Made by a program: the position numbers and the translations under genes
Origin: an uncultured delta proteobacterium
Lineage (GTDB): Bacteria; Desulfobacterota; Binatia; Binatales; Binataceae
Direction of reading: 5' to 3'
Length of the DNA: 64,000 bases
Assembly: GCA_963711565.1 (NCBI GenBank)
Contig: CAVQEQ010000004.1
Location: forward strand, 1,024,001 to 1,088,000
The notes under the pieces: generated by a model
Seen by the model: the letters and a program-made list of their open reading frames with translations, nothing else
Database searches by the model: none
What the model was told of the DNA's origin: nothing
In this document: in pieces, positions 59,911 through 64,000 of the stretch
How positions within the stretch are numbered: the stretch's first letter is position 1
Layout: each line of letters starts with the position of its first letter

Positions 59911-60372
59911 ATGCTCGAGACAGGAAAACCGTTTGTCAATTTCGCGCTGCAGAACCAGGACGGCAAGCAGATGAAGCTCGGCGACTTCGCCGGCAAGTGG
60001 CTGGTGGTGTACGTCTATCCGAAGGACGATACTCCCGGATGCACGATCCAGGGCAAGTCGTTCACGGCGAGCAAGGCCGACTTCGACGCGGCGAACATCA
60101 AGGTGGTGGGCGTCAGCGCGGACGACGTCGCGTCGCACAAGAACTTCTGCAACAAGTTTGCGTTCACGATCGATCTGCTCGCGGACACCAACGCGGATCT
60201 GCTCAAGGCGGCCGGCGTCGGGCAGGTCGAGTTCAACGGGGTCAAGTATTGGAGCCGGACCAGCTTCGTGATCGATCCGAAGGGCAACCTGCGTAAGGTT
60301 TATGAAAAAGTGAATCCGCAGGGGCATGAAAAAGTGCTGCTCGACGATATCAAGGCGATGCAAAAGGGTTAG
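59911..60372 (+). CDS. bcp: Peroxiredoxin (BCP family)
   Basis: YPKDDTPGCT, GVSAD, RTSFVID. Confidence 0.9.
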   Translation: MLETGKPFVNFALQNQDGKQMKLGDFAGKWLVVYVYPKDDTPGCTIQGKSFTASKADFDAANIKVVGVSADDVASHKNFCNKFAFTIDLLADTNADLLKAAGVGQVEFNGVKYWSRTSFVIDPKGNLRKVYEKVNPQGHEKVLLDDIKAMQKG

Positions 60373-60603
60373 CGTCGAGGGGGCAGGCTCGGACGGCAAG
60401 GGGCACGTCGGGAACGTTTTATTATTGCCGCGAATTTTGATTTGATGGAGTAGTGGCAAGGACCCTGACCAGACGGCGAAGGCGATAGCCGGTTTTGGCG
60501 GATTACCTGAATTTTGGACGAAATTTATCGTCCGATAGCTAGATGGTCCGCTACTTGCCCTGCCTCATGAACCAGGAGTTTCGCTACATTCCAGGAGGAA
60601 TGC

Positions 60604-62247
60604 ATGGTTAAGAAGATCGCCGCCGTGGCCGGCGGCGTTTTGATCGGCCTGTTCATCGCCTTTGCGCGCGTCGGCGCGTTCCCATTCTGGGGTTCCGATT
60701 CCGACGCTTCCAAGGCGCCTCCGGCGCAGCAAGCGCAAGCAAACCCGGCACCTCTGCCTGCACCGCCGGTGCCCGGCGTACAGGTGGCGCCATTGGCGCC
60801 CGCCGCGCCAAATACGCCTGAGCCGGGCGAAAAGGTCGGCGTAATCACGTCGTTCGCTCCGCTGGTCAAGCGCATGATACCGGCCGTGGTGAGCGTAAAC
60901 GTCGTTCAGGATGTGAAAGTTTCGGGGATGCCGTTCGGCCCGCAAGCGGGTCCTGGGGATGACGGCGGCGGCGACGACAACGGCGACAATGGCGACAACG
61001 GCGGCGACCAAGGCGCGGTACCGCCCGGCGGCGGCGATCCGTTCGATCAGCTGCGCCGCTACTTCGGCCAGGGTCAGCGCGAATACAAACAGCACGGGTT
61101 GGGCTCGGGCGTGATCGTGTCGGCCGACGGTTACATCCTGACCAACAATCACGTGGTCGGTAACGCCGAAGAAATCCACGTAACCCTGCAGGACAAGCGC
61201 GAGTTCACCGCCAAGGTGATCGGCAAGGACGCGAAGACCGATCTGGGACTTATCAAAATCGATACCAAGGATGCGCTGCCGGTCGCACCGCTGGGCGATT
61301 CCAATTCTACCGACGTCGGCGATTGGGTGATCGCGATCGGTAACCCGTTCAACGTCGGGATGACGGTGACGGCGGGAATCGTCAGCGCCAAGGGACGAAT
61401 CCTCGGCGGCGACTACGACGATTTCATCCAGACCGACGCGTCGATTAATCCAGGCAACTCCGGCGGACCGCTGATCAATACGCGCGGCGAGGTAATCGGA
61501 ATCAACACCGCGATTTACAGCCGTACCGGCGCCAACAACGGCATCGGCTTCGCGATTCCGATCGACATGGCGCGCAACGTGATGGATCAGTTGAAGGCGC
61601 ATGGACGTGTGATCCGCGGATGGCTGGGCGTCGAGATACAGGAAGTGACGCCTGACCTTGCACAATCATTCGGATTGCCGAAGCCCGAGGGCGCGCTGGT
61701 CGCGAGTGCGGACAAGGACGGCCCCGCGGGCAAGGGCGGAATCGAGCGCGGCGATATCGTGCTCAGCTTCAACGGCCATCCGGTTGACGACGAGCATGAG
61801 TTGCCGGCACTGGTCGCGCAGACGCCGATCAACAGCAGCGTGCCGGTCGAGGTCGTGCGCAACGGCAAGCACATGACGCTCGAGGTTACGATCGGCGAGC
61901 GCAAGGAACCCGAAGTGGCGTCGGCCAAGGCTGAGACGCCGGGCGGGAACTGGGGGATGCAGGTCGGCGATATCACGCCCGAGCTTGCGCAGCAGTTCCA
62001 TCTCGAGGGCACCAAGGGCGTGGTGATTCAGAAGGTCGCGCCGGACAGTCCGTCGGCGGAGGCGGGCTTGCAGCCGGGCGATGTGGTCATGGAAATAAAT
62101 CACGACAAAGTCGCGACGGTTGCGGATTTCGTCGCGAAGGCCAAAGCAGCGCAGGCCAACAAGACGCCGGCGCTCCTGCTGGTGGAGCGCGGCGGCGCGA
62201 CGCTGTACACGGTGGTCAAGCCGGCCGAGGGCCAAGGCCAAGGCTGA
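60604..62247 (+). CDS. DegP/DegQ (HtrA) serine endoprotease with two PDZ domains
   Basis: LGSGVI, TNNHV, DLGLI, QTDASINPGNSGGPL, RGWLGV. Confidence 0.94.
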   Translation: MVKKIAAVAGGVLIGLFIAFARVGAFPFWGSDSDASKAPPAQQAQANPAPLPAPPVPGVQVAPLAPAAPNTPEPGEKVGVITSFAPLVKRMIPAVVSVNVVQDVKVSGMPFGPQAGPGDDGGGDDNGDNGDNGGDQGAVPPGGGDPFDQLRRYFGQGQREYKQHGLGSGVIVSADGYILTNNHVVGNAEEIHVTLQDKREFTAKVIGKDAKTDLGLIKIDTKDALPVAPLGDSNSTDVGDWVIAIGNPFNVGMTVTAGIVSAKGRILGGDYDDFIQTDASINPGNSGGPLINTRGEVIGINTAIYSRTGANNGIGFAIPIDMARNVMDQLKAHGRVIRGWLGVEIQEVTPDLAQSFGLPKPEGALVASADKDGPAGKGGIERGDIVLSFNGHPVDDEHELPALVAQTPINSSVPVEVVRNGKHMTLEVTIGERKEPEVASAKAETPGGNWGMQVGDITPELAQQFHLEGTKGVVIQKVAPDSPSAEAGLQPGDVVMEINHDKVATVADFVAKAKAAQANKTPALLLVERGGATLYTVVKPAEGQGQG

Positions 62248-62337
62248 TCGAGCAATCAGTTATACGGATTGAACGCGCGGCGCATCGAGGAAGTCGATGC
62301 GCCGCGCTTGTTTTGATGCTAGGCGTTGAAGCTTGCG

Positions 62338-63571
62338 ATGGAAGCCTCGCGAAAATTTGACGTCGTGATTGCAGCGCGGCCCGGCAGGACTGGCGACTGC
62401 GATGTTCCTTGTGAAGAATCGGCCAAGCCTGGCGGGTCGAATCGTCGCGATCGAGAAATCGGCGCATCCGCGGTTCAAGGTTTGCGCCGGCGGACTGATT
62501 CCAAAGACGATGCTCGCGCTCGACGAGCTTGGAATCGCGCTCGACGTGCCCGCCGTCGAAGTGATTCGAGGAGAAGCGGCAACTCCGGTGGGCAGCGTCG
62601 ATCTGTCGCGCAACGGCGATGTACTCGCCACCGTGATTCGGCGCGACCAGTTCGACTCGATGCTGGCGCGCGCCGCGACCGAGGCAGGAATCGAAATCGC
62701 GCAACGCACTCGCGTGCTCGGCGTCACTCAGGATGCGGGCGGCGTGCGCGTCAGCACCGACGGTGGCATCTTCGAAGCGCAAGTCCTGGTTGGCGCTGAT
62801 GGCTCGGGAAGCCGCGTGCGTCGCGCTGTATTCGGCGCACGCAAGGAAACGATCGGGCGCGCGCTGATGACGGACATCGCGGTCGATCCTGAGCGCACGC
62901 CCGAGTTTACTGAGAAGCGTTACCGGTTCGACTTCCGCTGCATCAGCGGCGGAATCAACGGTTACAGCTGGTCTTTTCCGTGCTTGATTGGCGGTGCGCC
63001 TCATCTGAACGTGGGCATCTACGATCAACGCTCACACGAATTCACGGAAGAAGGTGGCGAACACGCGCGGATGATCGCGGAACTCGTCGCTGCCTTTCCC
63101 GAACTTCCGCTCGACGGCTTGAAGCGCCACGCCGCGCGATGGCAATCGTTCCCGATTCGATGGTTCGACGCGCGTGACAGCTATGCTCGCGGACGCGTCA
63201 TCCTTGCCGGTGATGCCGCGGGTGTCGATCCGCTGATAGGCGAGGGCATCTCGTGCTCGTTCGAGCATGGCAAGCTTGCCGCAAGAGCGATCTGCAAACT
63301 TCTAGACGGCAACAGCGCCGCGCTCGCGGCCTACAATCGCGAACTGCACGAAGGTGCGGTGGGGAAAAAACTTGGCAAGCTCGCGTTCGCGGCGCGTCAT
63401 TTCTACGGGCCTCGCAGCCGACTCTTCTTCCGTATCGCGCGCATCAGCCGCCCCGCGCAGGAAATCGGCGTCGATTGGTACAACGGCGCGCGGCATCTCG
63501 ACGAGCTGCCGACCCGGCGGCTGATCGCGCGATGGGCGCGTGCGGTTCTATTAGGTGACCCTGTGCGGTAG
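62338..63571 (+). CDS. Geranylgeranyl reductase family FAD oxidoreductase; frameshift near 62375 (probable assembly error)
   Basis: FDVVIA + GPAG split across frames; KVCAGG, RDQFD, GADG, LAGDAAG.DPLIGEGI. Confidence 0.85.
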
Positions 63572-63605
63572 CATCTCCGGTGTCGCTTGGTGGAGGGGTT
63601 GCGAG

Positions 63606-63926
63606 ATGGCGGATCGAGTACGAGCGGCGTCGTCGCGAAGGGGCGTGGGGAAGCGGCGGCCGGTGAAAAGGAAACGGATGCGGCGGCTGGGAATCCTCGG
63701 GCTGGCCGCGCTCACGGCATTGATCCTGGGATTTTTGGCGAAGAGAATCATGATCCCGTCGGCCGTCCATTACATCGCGTATCGCGCGCCCGATCAGCCG
63801 CAGCCCGCGGGAGATGCAAATCCGCCTGCCGCTTCAGAAGGGCAGGGCGACGCCGGCGGCTCCGAAAATCTGACACCCAGCGATCGCAGTCAGCTCGACG
63901 CGATCATCAAGCGCAAGGCCAAGTGA
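63606..63926 (+). CDS. Hypothetical single-TM protein
   Basis: Basic N-terminus, TM helix, ENLTPSDRSQLDAII tail. Confidence 0.7.
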   Translation: MADRVRAASSRRGVGKRRPVKRKRMRRLGILGLAALTALILGFLAKRIMIPSAVHYIAYRAPDQPQPAGDANPPAASEGQGDAGGSENLTPSDRSQLDAIIKRKAK

Positions 63927-63937
63927 CGAAGATTTAG

Positions 63938-64000
63938 ATGGCGGGCTCGATGCAAATAGCGGATGACATGGGCTTTCGCGTCGAGCTCGAGCGCCCGCCG
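63938..64000 (+). CDS. Start of next CDS, truncated by window edge
   Basis: ATG 11 nt after the previous stop; frame open to window end. Confidence 0.35.
   Translation, partial: MAGSMQIADDMGFRVELERPP

Overview
High-GC bacterial chromosomal segment. The gene content and repeat style suggest a Candidatus Binatia-like (deltaproteobacteria-related) organism; this is inference only. It carries mostly housekeeping genes: xfp-pgm-ackA, tRNA-Cys, fabF-fabH-ArsA-like ATPase-Ecm-like mutase, hicBA, tkt-pgl, typA, AsmA-like protein, cutA, hisC, pth, tyrS, mlaEFD, a sigma54 two-component system and nadA-nrtR with an NrtR box. It also has a PadR/ABC exporter operon, carotenoid oxygenase/desaturase genes, an ECF sigma cluster, bcp, degP and a geranylgeranyl-reductase-family gene. 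I saw no CRISPR array, rRNA, integrase or transposase. Most notable: (1) several families of short palindromic intergenic repeats, including a precise nested 24-bp insertion, whose orientation appears by eye to track local multi-kb strand-composition domains; (2) an ECF sigma factor coupled to a soluble putative anti-sigma-cupin-cupin-VOC fusion, followed by stand-alone VOC and cupin genes; (3) a GT-C glycosyltransferase gene bracketed by a duplicated pth 3' tail; (4) a divergent Ecm-like B12 mutase; (5) a phage gpF-like fragment islet. Four apparent small-indel frameshifts are probably assembly errors. All functional calls come from motif recognition; no database searches were run.
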